DNA of 64,000 nucleotides from Candidatus Limnocylindrales bacterium (GTDB lineage: Bacteria > Chloroflexota > Limnocylindria > Limnocylindrales > CSP1-4): positions 2,876 to 66,875 of the forward strand of contig JBEKKR010000014.1 of NCBI GenBank assembly GCA_050010635.1, given 5' to 3'. The position numbers and the translations under genes were made by a program. Under the pieces are notes generated by a model. That model was given only the letters and a program-made list of their open reading frames with translations, made no database searches and had not been told where the DNA came from. Below, one piece after another: positions 37,967 to 49,081 of this stretch (position 1 is its first letter; each line of letters begins with the position of its first letter).

Positions 37967-39481
37967 TCATCGGCGTGGCGGCGCTGCCGTCCGGGGCAAC
38001 GTGATCACGAACGTTGCACCGGCGCCTGGATGCGACGTGGCGGTGATCGTCCCTCCGCACAGGACAACGATCTTGCGACAGATCGCCAGGCCCATTCCGG
38101 TGCCCTCGAACTCCTGGCGGCCGTTCAGTCGCTGGAGTGGCGCGAAGATCTTCTCCGCGTACTCCTCATCGAAGCCGATGCCGTTGTCGCGGACCCGAAT
38201 CTCCCAGACCGGGGCGTGGGCCTGACGCCGTGCCGCGCTCCGTGCTACCGCTTCGACGTGGACTTCGGGGGCGACACCTTCGGGATGGAACTTGAGGGCG
38301 TTCGAGATCAGGTTCTGGAAGAGCTGGCGCATCTGCAAAGGACCGGCGAGGAGAGTGGGGAGCGGGCCCACGTGAACCTGGCCCTTGGTGGAGCGGATGC
38401 GCTCGTCGAGGTCCAGCAGGACGTCCGACACGACCCGCCCGAGGTCCACCGCTTGCGGCGGCTCGGGTCGTATCGCAACTTGCGAGTAGGCAAGGAGATC
38501 GTTGATCAGGGTTTGCATCCTGGCGGCCGCAGCCTTCATGCGCCGCAGGTACTCTGCAGACTCCTCATCCATCACGTTCGACAGGCGCTCTTCGAGCCGA
38601 TCCCCGAAAGCCTCAATCTTCCGCAGCGGCTCCTGCAAATCGTGCGACGCGACCGTCGCGAAGTCCTGCAGCTCGCGATTGCTGCGCCTCGCCTCCGCAG
38701 TCTTGCGCACGCTGATATCCCGGGCGATCGTCGACGCCCCGATGATCTTGCCGTAAGCATCCTTGATTGGCGAAACGGTCACCGATACGTCGATCAGACT
38801 TCCGCTCTTGCAGACACGCACTGTCTCGAAGTGTTCGATCGCTTCGCCTCGCTGGAGTCTCTCGATCATGTCCTCGACTTCATGTGGGCGGTCGGGCGGC
38901 AAGAGCAGGGAGATCGGTCTCCCGACGATCTGCTGCGGTGTGTAGCCATAGAGCTTCTCGGCACCCCGGTTCCAACTGAGGACGGTGCCGTCGAGGGCTT
39001 TGCTGAAGATGGCCTCGTCGCTGGACTCGACGAGCGCCGCGAGGTGGGCCAGGCGCTCTTCGGCGGCCTTGCGCACGCTGATGTCGCGGATGGCCGCGGT
39101 GACGAGGATCCCAGCGGAGCCTTCCAGGGGGCTCAGCATCAGCTCGATCGGGAACTCGGTTCCGTCCTTGCGCAGCGCCACCAGCTCGATGCCGGTCCCG
39201 ATCTGCCGGGCCAGGGCGTCGGCGGCGGAGAGAAGGCCGTCGGCGATGAGCCGTTCGGCGAAGCCCTCGGGGATGATGTTGGTGACCTGTTGCCCGACGA
39301 GCTCGTCGCGGTGGTAGCCGAACTGCTTCTCGGCCTGGAGATTGAGGAGGACTATTTCGCCCGCCCCGTTCACGACCACCATGGCGTCCGGAGCGGCTTC
39401 CAGGAGACTGCGGTAGCGGCCCTCCATGGCCGTAGGAATCAGATCCGCAGCATCCACTACAGGGAACCTCGAAAGGGGCAC
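37967..39481 (-). CDS. Cytoplasmic sensor histidine kinase with tandem PAS domains
   Basis: Two PAS modules, then HisKA (ASHDLQEPLRKIEAF) and HATPase_c (N-box NLISNALKF; G-boxes DNGIGF, GTGMGLAICRKIV). No TM segments. Confidence 0.85.
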   Translation of the reverse strand: MPLSRFPVVDAADLIPTAMEGRYRSLLEAAPDAMVVVNGAGEIVLLNLQAEKQFGYHRDELVGQQVTNIIPEGFAERLIADGLLSAADALARQIGTGIELVALRKDGTEFPIELMLSPLEGSAGILVTAAIRDISVRKAAEERLAHLAALVESSDEAIFSKALDGTVLSWNRGAEKLYGYTPQQIVGRPISLLLPPDRPHEVEDMIERLQRGEAIEHFETVRVCKSGSLIDVSVTVSPIKDAYGKIIGASTIARDISVRKTAEARRSNRELQDFATVASHDLQEPLRKIEAFGDRLEERLSNVMDEESAEYLRRMKAAAARMQTLINDLLAYSQVAIRPEPPQAVDLGRVVSDVLLDLDERIRSTKGQVHVGPLPTLLAGPLQMRQLFQNLISNALKFHPEGVAPEVHVEAVARSAARRQAHAPVWEIRVRDNGIGFDEEYAEKIFAPLQRLNGRQEFEGTGMGLAICRKIVVLCGGTITATSHPGAGATFVITLPRTAAPPRR

Positions 39482-39724
39482 GTCGTGGCACAGGCTCGCC
39501 CCATTTCTGGCAGGCTAGGCCCTGGCGTACTCGTCCCGGTAGGATGAAAACTCGCCATCCGTCGGCACGTCGGAGACGAGGACGGCGGGCCGTCGCAAGC
39601 ATCCCCGACACGTCGGCAGAGACGTCAGCGGAAACCATCGACTCGATGCGAGAGCTAACGCATTCGTGGTACGACGTCGAACAGTCAGCTCGCAAGCCCG
39701 GCCCGAGACTCCGTTGGCCGGTGG

Positions 39725-41554
39725 TCAGGCCGGGCGACTGCCCGATCGTGCGATCCGCTCGCCCGGCATGGACGAATGGCCGACTCGACGCTCGCCGGAC
39801 GACTGGTCGTAACCGCCGTTGCCGCGAGACGGGGCGTAGCGCCGGTCGGGCTGCCGAAACCCGCGCGCAGCTGGCCGTCCGGTGGACTGCCGGTCGGCCG
39901 GGCCCTGCGAGGGTCGGGCGGTGCCACCGTTGAAGCGATCCGGGCGGCGGCCCGGGGCATAGCCGATCGACGGCGCGCTCGGGGCCTGGTTGAAGTCGCT
40001 CGGGGACGGCCGGCGGTATCCCACGGCCGAGTTGCGACGTGGCTCGACAGGCATCGATTGATTGAACCCGCGAGGGGCAGCCTGGCTGGCGCCACCCTGT
40101 GGCCGGCGGTACTCGGTTGGGATCGGCCGGCGGTAGCCGCCCGGCGCAACCGACTGAGGAGGTCGGCTCGGCGCGGTCTGCCGCGCCGCGGCAGGCCGCG
40201 CCGCAACGCCACGCGGCGCCATCGGGCGCCGGCCCTCGACGGGGCGGCTGCGGCCGAGGCCGTAGCCGACACTGCGCTGGCGGATCGTCTCGCGCTTGAT
40301 CGACGGATCGACCTCGAACCCCGGAATGACTTCCCGGGTGATGCGCGCGCGGAGCAGCGACTCGATATCGGCCAGGAGCATGTTCTCGTCGATGCAGACC
40401 AGCGAGACGGCGTCGCCCTCCATCCCGGCGCGACCGGTTCGGCCGATCCGGTGGACATAGTCCTGCGGGACCGTGGGCATCTCGAAGTTGACGACATGCG
40501 GCAGTCCGTCGATGTCGAGACCGCGCGAAGCGACCTCGGTGGCGACCAGGATCGCGACGCGGCCGGCCTTGAAGTCGTCCAGGGCCTTGACTCGCTGGCT
40601 CTGGCTCTTGTTGCCGTGGATCGCGCCGGCGCTGATCCCGTCCATGACGAGCTGTTCGGCCAGCCGGTTGGCGCCGTGCTTGGTTCGAGTGAAGACGAGC
40701 GCCCGGTCGATTCGGCCGGTTCGGATGAGGTGGCTCAGCAGCTCGCGCTTGCGCTCGCGGTCGACCGGGTAGACGACCTGGCGAACCAGCTCGATGGGTG
40801 CATTGCGGCGCGCGATCTGGACGTAGGCCGGGTCGCGGAGGATCCCGGCGGCGAGGTCCCGGATCTCGTCGGAGAAGGTCGCCGAGAACATCAGGTTCTG
40901 GCGGTGGGCCGGCAGCAGGTCGATGATGCGGCGGATGTCGCGGATGAAGCCCATGTCCAGCATCCGGTCGGCCTCATCGAGGACGAGGATCTCGACCGAC
41001 GACAGGTCGATGGTTCGCTGCGCGGCGTGGTCTAGCAGGCGGCCCGGCGTGGCGACGACGATCTCGGGTCCGGTGCGCAGCGCCTGGACCTGGGGCTGGA
41101 AGCCAACGCCGCCGTAGATCGTGGTCGAACCGACAGGCTTCTCGGCGCCGTAGGTTCGAACGCTTTCCTCGATCTGAAGGGCAAGCTCGCGCGTCGGTGT
41201 GAGGACGAGACAACGGATCGGCAAGCCGGTCTCGCCGCGGCGGCGCGGCTTACCGGCGGGCATGTAGCGCACCGCGGGCCGGCTGGCATCGAGTAGCTGG
41301 AGGATCGGCAGCACGAACGCCGCCGTCTTGCCTGTCCCGGTCTGGGCGCCGGCGAGGATGTCGCGGCCGGCCAGGACGATCGGGATCGACTGGGCCTGGA
41401 CGGGCGTGGGCACGGTGTAGCCCTGCTTGGCCACGGTGCGAAGGAGGTCGGGCGTCAACCCGAGCTGATCGAAGGCGGGAAGTTCGGTCGCCGGCGCAAG
41501 ATTGGCGGGCGACTCGAGGCGCTCGGGCACAAGGCCGAGCTGGACGGAAGACAT
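39725..41554 (-). CDS. DEAD-box ATP-dependent RNA helicase (RhlE-like) with Arg/Gly/Pro-rich C-terminal tail
   Basis: Q-motif, [37 protein letters not shown]. ~170-aa basic low-complexity tail. Confidence 0.9.
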   Translation of the reverse strand: MSSVQLGLVPERLESPANLAPATELPAFDQLGLTPDLLRTVAKQGYTVPTPVQAQSIPIVLAGRDILAGAQTGTGKTAAFVLPILQLLDASRPAVRYMPAGKPRRRGETGLPIRCLVLTPTRELALQIEESVRTYGAEKPVGSTTIYGGVGFQPQVQALRTGPEIVVATPGRLLDHAAQRTIDLSSVEILVLDEADRMLDMGFIRDIRRIIDLLPAHRQNLMFSATFSDEIRDLAAGILRDPAYVQIARRNAPIELVRQVVYPVDRERKRELLSHLIRTGRIDRALVFTRTKHGANRLAEQLVMDGISAGAIHGNKSQSQRVKALDDFKAGRVAILVATEVASRGLDIDGLPHVVNFEMPTVPQDYVHRIGRTGRAGMEGDAVSLVCIDENMLLADIESLLRARITREVIPGFEVDPSIKRETIRQRSVGYGLGRSRPVEGRRPMAPRGVAARPAAARQTAPSRPPQSVAPGGYRRPIPTEYRRPQGGASQAAPRGFNQSMPVEPRRNSAVGYRRPSPSDFNQAPSAPSIGYAPGRRPDRFNGGTARPSQGPADRQSTGRPAARGFRQPDRRYAPSRGNGGYDQSSGERRVGHSSMPGERIARSGSRPA

Positions 41555-41811
41555 TAGAGCAAAGCTCCTGACGAGCCCACCCGCGACATTTCATCTGCGG
41601 GGCCGGTCAGGGCGAGGGAGTGGATCGGGATCGGGCGGTGAGTTACCGGGACGCCGACCGTAGCGTCCATTCGTTCACGAAGGCGCTAAGCATACACGAC
41701 GAGCGAGATTCGACCCCAAAGGGCCGGTCGGCACCGCGGGCCGGGCCCGAACCGCCAGCGCCGTACGGTCGCGTTGACCTCTTGAGATGGGATAGTTGGG
41801 CGGCCCCAAGA

Positions 41812-43857
41812 CTACCCAACAGGATCGATGACGACCCACTTTCCGTACCACTCGGTCGTACCGACCTGGCCGTCGATGGGATCCTGGTACGGTGAGTCGG
41901 TCTCGAGGTACGGGGAGAACTGGATCGACGCGCTGCCGGAGCGCCAGTCGGCAACGTAGACCCAAGTGTCGCGATAGCCGGCAGATTGCAGGGTATCTGT
42001 CAGGTCCACGCCCATGATCGTGAAGTTCGTCGAGCCTGTGCTCGGATCGTCCCCCGTGACCATGTAGCCGACGACGTACTGCGAATGGCGGCCGGCGTGG
42101 GCAAGGATCCCCACCGGCTTGTGGTACCGGGCCAGAGCCGAAACCACCGCCTTGGCGGCCGTGTCGAAGGATCCGTAGGACGAGTCGCGATAGACCGCGG
42201 CGGTCACGCTGCCCCAGCCGTAGTAGTTGAGGGCATTCCGCCAGCCGTGCGGGTCCGTGCCGGCCGAGGTCGTGAGCATCGTCATGTTGGCGCGCTCGTA
42301 GGCCAGGATCGCCTCCTGATCCGTATAAGAGGTGGTCGGCTGCCAGACCAGGCCGGAGGCCGAGCCGGTGTAGTAGATGTCGTTCAGCATCGATGCCGTC
42401 GCCGCGGCAGTGCACGCCGTTAGATCGGGATCCTGCCAGCGGTCCGCCCGCGGATCCGAGATGTCCAGGGTCCACGTGGCGGGCGCGCTCGTGTCGGGCG
42501 TCCAGTAGCCGGTGATGTCGAGAGACAGGTTGGCCGTGGAGCCGACCTCTCCGGCCCACTCGAGAGCTACGTGGTTGGACGTGCCGATGGTGACGTCGAA
42601 CCCGTTGGCCTCCGAGTGGCCGGCCGAGGCATTGACCGTGGAGGTCTTGGGTGCGGCCACTATCTCAGGCGTGATCAGGGCCCAGCCGTTGGTCGAAGGC
42701 GTGAGCAGGGTCAGGTTGCCGCTGATGCCGGCGGCACCGGTCGGGACGCCGGGGAGCGTGAAGAGCTGGGCCGTCCGGCTCGGGAAGGGGCCTGTGATGC
42801 CCAGGTTCTTGGAGGAGTCCAGGACCCGCGACGGGGCGATGGGGTAGTAGTACAGACCATCCGGACCTGACGTGAAGTAGCCGGTCACGTCGAAGATGAC
42901 ATCCGCGCTCGAACCGGTCGTGCCGCACCACACCACCGAGAGGCTGCCCCTGTATAGAGCCACGGTGACCCCGTTGGCGACGTTGGTCCAGGCCGCCACG
43001 TTGGCCGTGGAGGTCGAAGGGAAGGTGCTCATGGTCGGACCAAGCGCGACGTAGCCGAGACTGGTGGCGTTGGTGACGGTCACGTTGCCGGTGACCGCGA
43101 CGGCGGTCGATGGCACCTGGGGACTCGACCAGCCAAGGCCGGTCACCCCGACCACCGGGAAGCTCTTGACGACCCGGTTGGGCAGCTTCGTGAGCGGGCC
43201 GATGTGGGTCACCCCGCCGTAGGTGGGTCTCGTGTCGAGGACGCGCCCGGGGGTGACCACCGTGTGGTACGTGGCCCCACCCGCTCCGGGCGTGAAGTAG
43301 CCGGTCAGATCGAAGATGAGATCGGTGGTGGCGCCCGCGGACGGAGTGCGATAGACCGCCGAGAGGTAGCCGTCAGTGGCGAGGCCGAGCGTCACGTTAT
43401 TGGCCCGCGTGTCACCCGGCACGAAGTTGAGCGAGCTGGTGGCCCCGTCGGGGGTCACCGCCGGGCCCAGATCGATGACGCCGGGCGCGGTCTCGTACAC
43501 GATCGTGAGGTTGCCCGTTATAGCGACCGCGTTGGCCGGGATGGCCGGTGCGCTTCCGCCTCCGACGTAGCGGGCTCCGGCCACGGCAAACCGCCGGACC
43601 GTGCCGGCCACGAACTTGCCCGACAGGCCGATGTTGGTGGGATTGCCGCTCGGGATCGTCGGGCGCGTGTCGAGGATGCGCCGCGGTGGGATGGCCGTGT
43701 AGGTCGCCCCGCTCGTCGGCGCCGCCGCGGCCCAGCTGCGGGACGAAGATCCCGCGCCCGCGCCGTACGATCCGGTCGAGCCGGCCAGAGACGGCGCCAC
43801 TCCGATCACGAGCAGCGCCAGCAGGGTCTGGACCGCAGCGACGGCGACCCGGCCCAT
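41812..43857 (-). CDS. Secreted protein with three tandem ~140-aa repeat modules and a C-terminal papain/C39-like putative cysteine-peptidase domain
   Basis: Signal peptide MGRVAVAAVQTLLALLVIGVAPSLAGS. Repeats begin RILDTRP / RVLDTRP / RVLDSS, with conserved AV(A/T)GN(L/V)T and D(L/V)IFD(L/V)TGY(F/W)T blocks. C-terminal ~180 aa carry CTAAATASML (Cys) and HAGRHSQYVVGY (His-aromatic), spaced as in papain-fold/C39-like peptidases. The six-frame ORF to 44097 over-extends; start set at ATG 43855-43857. Confidence 0.65.
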   Translation of the reverse strand: MGRVAVAAVQTLLALLVIGVAPSLAGSTGSYGAGAGSSSRSWAAAAPTSGATYTAIPPRRILDTRPTIPSGNPTNIGLSGKFVAGTVRRFAVAGARYVGGGSAPAIPANAVAITGNLTIVYETAPGVIDLGPAVTPDGATSSLNFVPGDTRANNVTLGLATDGYLSAVYRTPSAGATTDLIFDLTGYFTPGAGGATYHTVVTPGRVLDTRPTYGGVTHIGPLTKLPNRVVKSFPVVGVTGLGWSSPQVPSTAVAVTGNVTVTNATSLGYVALGPTMSTFPSTSTANVAAWTNVANGVTVALYRGSLSVVWCGTTGSSADVIFDVTGYFTSGPDGLYYYPIAPSRVLDSSKNLGITGPFPSRTAQLFTLPGVPTGAAGISGNLTLLTPSTNGWALITPEIVAAPKTSTVNASAGHSEANGFDVTIGTSNHVALEWAGEVGSTANLSLDITGYWTPDTSAPATWTLDISDPRADRWQDPDLTACTAAATASMLNDIYYTGSASGLVWQPTTSYTDQEAILAYERANMTMLTTSAGTDPHGWRNALNYYGWGSVTAAVYRDSSYGSFDTAAKAVVSALARYHKPVGILAHAGRHSQYVVGYMVTGDDPSTGSTNFTIMGVDLTDTLQSAGYRDTWVYVADWRSGSASIQFSPYLETDSPYQDPIDGQVGTTEWYGKWVVIDPVG

Positions 43858-44138
43858 CACCCTCGGAATCGGAAACCGTCCCGGCCGACCCGCTGCTGCC
43901 CGACGATACGCCATTCGCGAATCCATCCCACGACGGATGGCCCACAACCTTGCCGGCGCCTGGACCATCCGGTACGGGAAGCGTCGGTGGCCAACTCGCT
44001 CCCGTTGAACCGGTGGATCGACTTTCCAGTCCACCGGAGGCACGCAGATGCCCCGACCACCCCCGCCCACAATGATTGGTACGAACGCTGTTGGCAACCC
44101 TAGATTCGACGCCGGTTCGACGCCATCACCTGATCGTC

Positions 44139-44525
44139 ATGCTCGCCTTCTCGTTCGTGATGCGGCGGCTCCGGGCGGCGCCCGTTTCTCCGGCCGGCGT
44201 CCTGCTCGCCTTTGCCCTCGGCACGATCGCCTGCGTCGCGATCGGCGTCTTCCTTGGCGCCGTCCTGCCCAATGCCCAGGCCGCCCAGGCGGTCGGCCTG
44301 CTCCTCTTCTTCCTGTCCGAGATGACCTCCGGAGTGGGCCCGCCGAGGGAGGTGCTTCCGGACACGATGAGGCAGGCGGCTCTGGCGCTGCCGCTGACGC
44401 ATGTCGCCATTTCCATGCAGGATCCCTGGATCGGGCGGGGGTCGAGCCTCGCCGAACTCTGGATCGTCGCCGCCATCGCGATCGTCTGCGCCGCCCTCGC
44501 CTACCGCTCGTTCCGCTGGGAGTAG
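44139..44525 (+). pseudogene. 3'-terminal remnant of an ABC-2 family permease gene (last ~3 TM helices only)
   Basis: Translation ends ...QAAQAVGLLLFFLSEMTSGVGPPREVLPDTMRQAALALPLTHVAISMQDPW..., the typical C-terminal helices of ABC-2 permeases. No N-terminal two-thirds of the gene exists; the upstream space is occupied by the oppositely oriented secreted-protein gene. Confidence 0.5.
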
Positions 44526-44717
44526 CGGCCGGTTACGTCCTGCAAGTTCACCAGATCGTCCTAGGCCTTGGGTCGTGATCCGAGAGACGTTCGTGCCACG
44601 CAGCGCAGGGACGAATGTGTCGTAGGCGGGGGCACATGCCCGCCATGAAGTCGGGGCCGCCAAGTTCCGAGTGACCTTCGCAAGCCTTCGTCAGGGTCGC
44701 ATTGCCCGGTCACTCGC

Positions 44718-45545
44718 ATGCCGCGCCGTCACCCTCATCTCCTCCTGCCCGGGAATCCATGGGAGGTGTGTGCAGGCACAGAGGACCCGCTCTATGTCCG
44801 AACCACGATCGCTCAGCCCGTCGCCGAACAGCGGCCCCCGTCGCTTCCGAGACGGCGTCCCTTTTCCACGAGCCGGGGGCTACTGGCGGCGTCGGCACTC
44901 GCGTGTCTGCTCATAGCGGCGGGCTCAACCTCTGCGGCATCGCCCGAGCCGGTCGAGAAGGGCCCAATCGCGCAGGTACCCGTCTCGGCGGATTACTCCC
45001 CGTTGCCGGTCTCCTCGCCGACCCAGACCGCGCCGACTCCAGCATCGCCTATGGCCGTGCGGTCGGCGCCACAGGGTATCGCCGCCCCCGAGGGGTTCGT
45101 GGTACGGCCGTCGCCGCAGAGCCGGACCGCGGAGCCGCCGAACGCCGTGGTATTTGGAGGCCGGAACCGCTTTGCGATTCCGACGCTGGGCATCGACTCG
45201 ACGGTCGGCACCACGAGCTGTGGAGTGCTGATCCCCAACGGCATCTGGTATTGGCCGTGTGCGGGCAAGAACAACCTCTACTTGACGGGACATGCGTGGG
45301 GAGCGTTCGCCCCGATACACGACGGCTACCACTCCGGATTGCTGAGCGCCGGCCTGACCGCGTCGTATGCGGACGGCGCCGGCGTAGTCCACAGATACCG
45401 ACTGCTCTGGGTAGAGGATCTGCCCGTGGCGGTTTGGGGCCGGGGCGCCGCGTGGGCTTCCACCGCGGGCCCGGTCATCACGCTTCAGACATGCGACGGC
45501 GCAACGGATAACTACCGAATCATCGTTCGGTTCGTCCCCGCCTGA
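44718..45545 (+). CDS. Sortase-family transpeptidase (class E/F-like)
   Basis: N-terminal TM anchor, catalytic His in NLYLTGHAWG, and the TLxTC motif (VITLQTCDG) followed by the conserved Arg (YRIIVRFVP). Confidence 0.7.
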   Translation: MPRRHPHLLLPGNPWEVCAGTEDPLYVRTTIAQPVAEQRPPSLPRRRPFSTSRGLLAASALACLLIAAGSTSAASPEPVEKGPIAQVPVSADYSPLPVSSPTQTAPTPASPMAVRSAPQGIAAPEGFVVRPSPQSRTAEPPNAVVFGGRNRFAIPTLGIDSTVGTTSCGVLIPNGIWYWPCAGKNNLYLTGHAWGAFAPIHDGYHSGLLSAGLTASYADGAGVVHRYRLLWVEDLPVAVWGRGAAWASTAGPVITLQTCDGATDNYRIIVRFVPA

Positions 45546-45592
45546 GCCGACGCCACCCAGGCGATAAGGGCGGCTCGCGGATCGTCGACCGC

Positions 45593-46474
45593 TCAGACCT
45601 CGCTCGGTCTCTCGACGGCTGACAGCTTGGCGCGCGTGGACGCCCAGCGCCCGAGTTCGAGCAGCGCCCCCTCGGAGGCTGAGCCCGGCTCGGCGGAGTA
45701 CGTGACGATCGTCAGGCCGGGGTCGGCGGGGAGCTCGAGAGATTCGTAGGCGAGGGTCAGGTCGCCGACCAACGGGTGGTGAAGGCGCTTCGTGCCGGTT
45801 CGGTGGAAGCGCACGTCGTGGCTGGCCCATCGAACCCGAAACTCGTCGCTGCGGGTGGAGAGCAGTCCGATGAGGTCGGACAGGGCACGGTCGTAGGGGT
45901 TCCGCCCGGCCTCGCCCCGAAGCGTCGCGACGATGTCGTGAGCGGTCGTCTCCCAGTCGGCGTAGAAGGTTCTCGCCCGAGGATCGAGGAACACAAAGTG
46001 GGCCGAGTTCGGCGGCCGCACGGGGTCGCGGAAATGCTCGGAGTACAGCGCGGCCGCCAACTGGTTGGCATGCAGGATGTCGAAGCGGCCGTTGCGTACG
46101 AACGCGGGCACGCCCGCCATGGAGTCGACGATCCGCTGGATGCTCGGGCGGACCCGTTGTGGCGCTGCGGTCCGGCGCGGCGGCCGCTCCGCGTTCGCGG
46201 TGCGCATCAGGTCGAGCAGGTGCGCGCGCTCGGCCTCGTCGAGCTGGAGGGCGCGACTCACGGCGTCGAGCACTTCGTCGGACACCCCGTGAGCGTTCCC
46301 GCGCTCGAGCCGCGTGTAGTACTCGACGCTGATGCCCGCGAGGAGCGCCACCTCCTCGCGCCGCAGGCCCGGTACCCGGCGCTGCCGGCCATACGCGGGC
46401 AGGCCGGCGCGGCCGGGCGTGACCTTCGCCCGGCGGGTGGTCAGGAACTCGCGGATCTCGTTGGCGTTGCTCAT
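45593..46474 (-). CDS. MmyB-like helix-turn-helix transcriptional regulator (XRE-type HTH plus PAS-like ligand-binding domain)
   Basis: LRREEVALLAGISVEYYTRLERG HTH, then the MmyB-family C-terminal domain (FVRNGRFDILHAN..., TLAYESLELPADPGLTIVTYSAEPGSAS). Confidence 0.8.
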   Translation of the reverse strand: MSNANEIREFLTTRRAKVTPGRAGLPAYGRQRRVPGLRREEVALLAGISVEYYTRLERGNAHGVSDEVLDAVSRALQLDEAERAHLLDLMRTANAERPPRRTAAPQRVRPSIQRIVDSMAGVPAFVRNGRFDILHANQLAAALYSEHFRDPVRPPNSAHFVFLDPRARTFYADWETTAHDIVATLRGEAGRNPYDRALSDLIGLLSTRSDEFRVRWASHDVRFHRTGTKRLHHPLVGDLTLAYESLELPADPGLTIVTYSAEPGSASEGALLELGRWASTRAKLSAVERPSEV

Positions 46475-46611
46475 GTCACGTGCACGGTACGCGGGTATCG
46501 CGCCGAATGGGAGGTACTCGTGGTACCCCTATCACGGGTGCCTTCCTCGACGTCACGAGCAGTGGTTGGATAGCGGCGACATCAGGAACGGCCATCAGTG
46601 CCAGGAGCGAA

Positions 46612-47652
46612 ATGCAAGCCGCGATCTTCAACGGCCCCCGCCGGATCGACGTCGGCGACAGGCCCGACCCCGCCATCACCTCCCCGACAGACGCCATCGT
46701 GCGTGTGGTCATGGGCTGCGTCTGCGGTTCCGACCTCTGGTACTACCGCGGCGAGTCGCCGCACGACCTCGGCCCGATTGGGCACGAGTTCGTCGGCGTT
46801 GTTGCCGAGGTCGGGTCGGCCGTCAGCGGCATCGCGAAGGGCGACTTCGTCGTCGCTCCCTTCACCTACAGCGACGGCACCTGCCCGCACTGCCTCGCCG
46901 GCTGGTCGTCGAATTGCGCAAACGGCGGCGGGTTCGGGAACCACGGGATCGATGGCGGCCAGGGTGAGGCGGTCCGGGTTCCCCTCGCGGGCACGACTCT
47001 CGTGAAGGTCCCGGGCTCCGGCCACTCGGCCGAGACCATGCGCTCGCTCCTCGCGCTCTCCGATGTGATGTGCACCGGCCACCACGCGGCCGTCAGCGGC
47101 GGGGTCAAGCCTGGGAGCGTGGTGGCGGTCGTCGGCGACGGTGCCGTCGGCCTGTGCGCGATGATCGCGGCCGGGCGTCTCGGCGCCGAGCGGATCATCG
47201 CGTTGTCCCGGAACCCCGCCCGCCAGGCGCTGGCGCGCGAGTTCGGCGCCACCGACATCGTCGCCGAGCGCGGCGAGGCCGCGACCACCGCGGTCATGGA
47301 GATGACCGGTGGCATCGGCGTCGACGCCGCCCTCGAGTGCGTCGGCACGAACCAGTCGATGGCGACGGCGTTCGCGATCGCCCGGCCGGGCTCCGTCGTC
47401 GGCGCCATCGGCGCTCCCCATGACGTCCATGTGCCGATTGAGACGGTGATCTTCCGGAACATCGGCCTGCGCGGCGGCGTGTCGCCCGCGCGTCGGTATC
47501 TGCCAGAGCTCATGGACGACGTCCTCGCCGGGCGCATCAACCCCGGCCGCGTCTTCGACTTCGAGACGGACCTGGCCGGCATCGCCGAGGCTTACGCTGC
47601 GATGGATGAGCGACGGGCGATCAAGTCGCTCGTGCGGATTGGAGCGATCTGA
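46612..47652 (+). CDS. Zinc-dependent alcohol dehydrogenase (MDR superfamily)
   Basis: GVCGSDLWYY, GHEFVGVVAEVG, structural-Zn cysteines CPHCLAGWSSNC, Rossmann GDGAVG. Confidence 0.85.
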   Translation: MQAAIFNGPRRIDVGDRPDPAITSPTDAIVRVVMGCVCGSDLWYYRGESPHDLGPIGHEFVGVVAEVGSAVSGIAKGDFVVAPFTYSDGTCPHCLAGWSSNCANGGGFGNHGIDGGQGEAVRVPLAGTTLVKVPGSGHSAETMRSLLALSDVMCTGHHAAVSGGVKPGSVVAVVGDGAVGLCAMIAAGRLGAERIIALSRNPARQALAREFGATDIVAERGEAATTAVMEMTGGIGVDAALECVGTNQSMATAFAIARPGSVVGAIGAPHDVHVPIETVIFRNIGLRGGVSPARRYLPELMDDVLAGRINPGRVFDFETDLAGIAEAYAAMDERRAIKSLVRIGAI

Positions 47653-48020
47653 TGGCCACTTGGACGCGCGACGAGGTCGCAAGGATTGGAGCGGCAGCCA
47701 TCCTCTACATCGCGGCGCGCAGCGCCGACGGTACCCTCCGAAACTCGGTGCCGATCTGGGCAGTCGCGCACGACGGCAGGCTCTACGTCCGTTCTGTGAA
47801 CGGGCGCGACGCCGCCTGGTTCCGCGGCACGCAGGCAACTCACGAAGGCCACATACGGGCCGGCGGCGTGGACAAAGACGTGACGTTCGTGGACGTCCCC
47901 AACGACATCAACGACGCGCTCGATGCCGCCTATCGAGCGAAGTACCGGAACTCGACCGGCATCGACCACATCCAGAGGCCGCAGGCCCGGTCCGCGACGC
48001 TCGAACTCGTGCCGCGCTGA
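47652..48020 (+). CDS. DUF2255 family protein
   Basis: MATWTRDEVARIGAAAILYIAARSADGTLR...PIWAVAHDGRLYVRSVNG... matches my recollection of the DUF2255 pattern. Start overlaps the ADH stop (ATGA). Confidence 0.55.
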   Translation: MATWTRDEVARIGAAAILYIAARSADGTLRNSVPIWAVAHDGRLYVRSVNGRDAAWFRGTQATHEGHIRAGGVDKDVTFVDVPNDINDALDAAYRAKYRNSTGIDHIQRPQARSATLELVPR

Positions 48021-49043
<1,023 letters not shown>

Positions 49044-49081
49044 CCGGCCGCCGTCTCGCACCCGACAACAAGGAGCACAAG

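Noticed and set aside
38030-39547. 505-aa plus-strand ORF antisense to the PAS histidine kinase
   Set aside because: The minus frame has HisKA/HATPase motifs. This frame has none.
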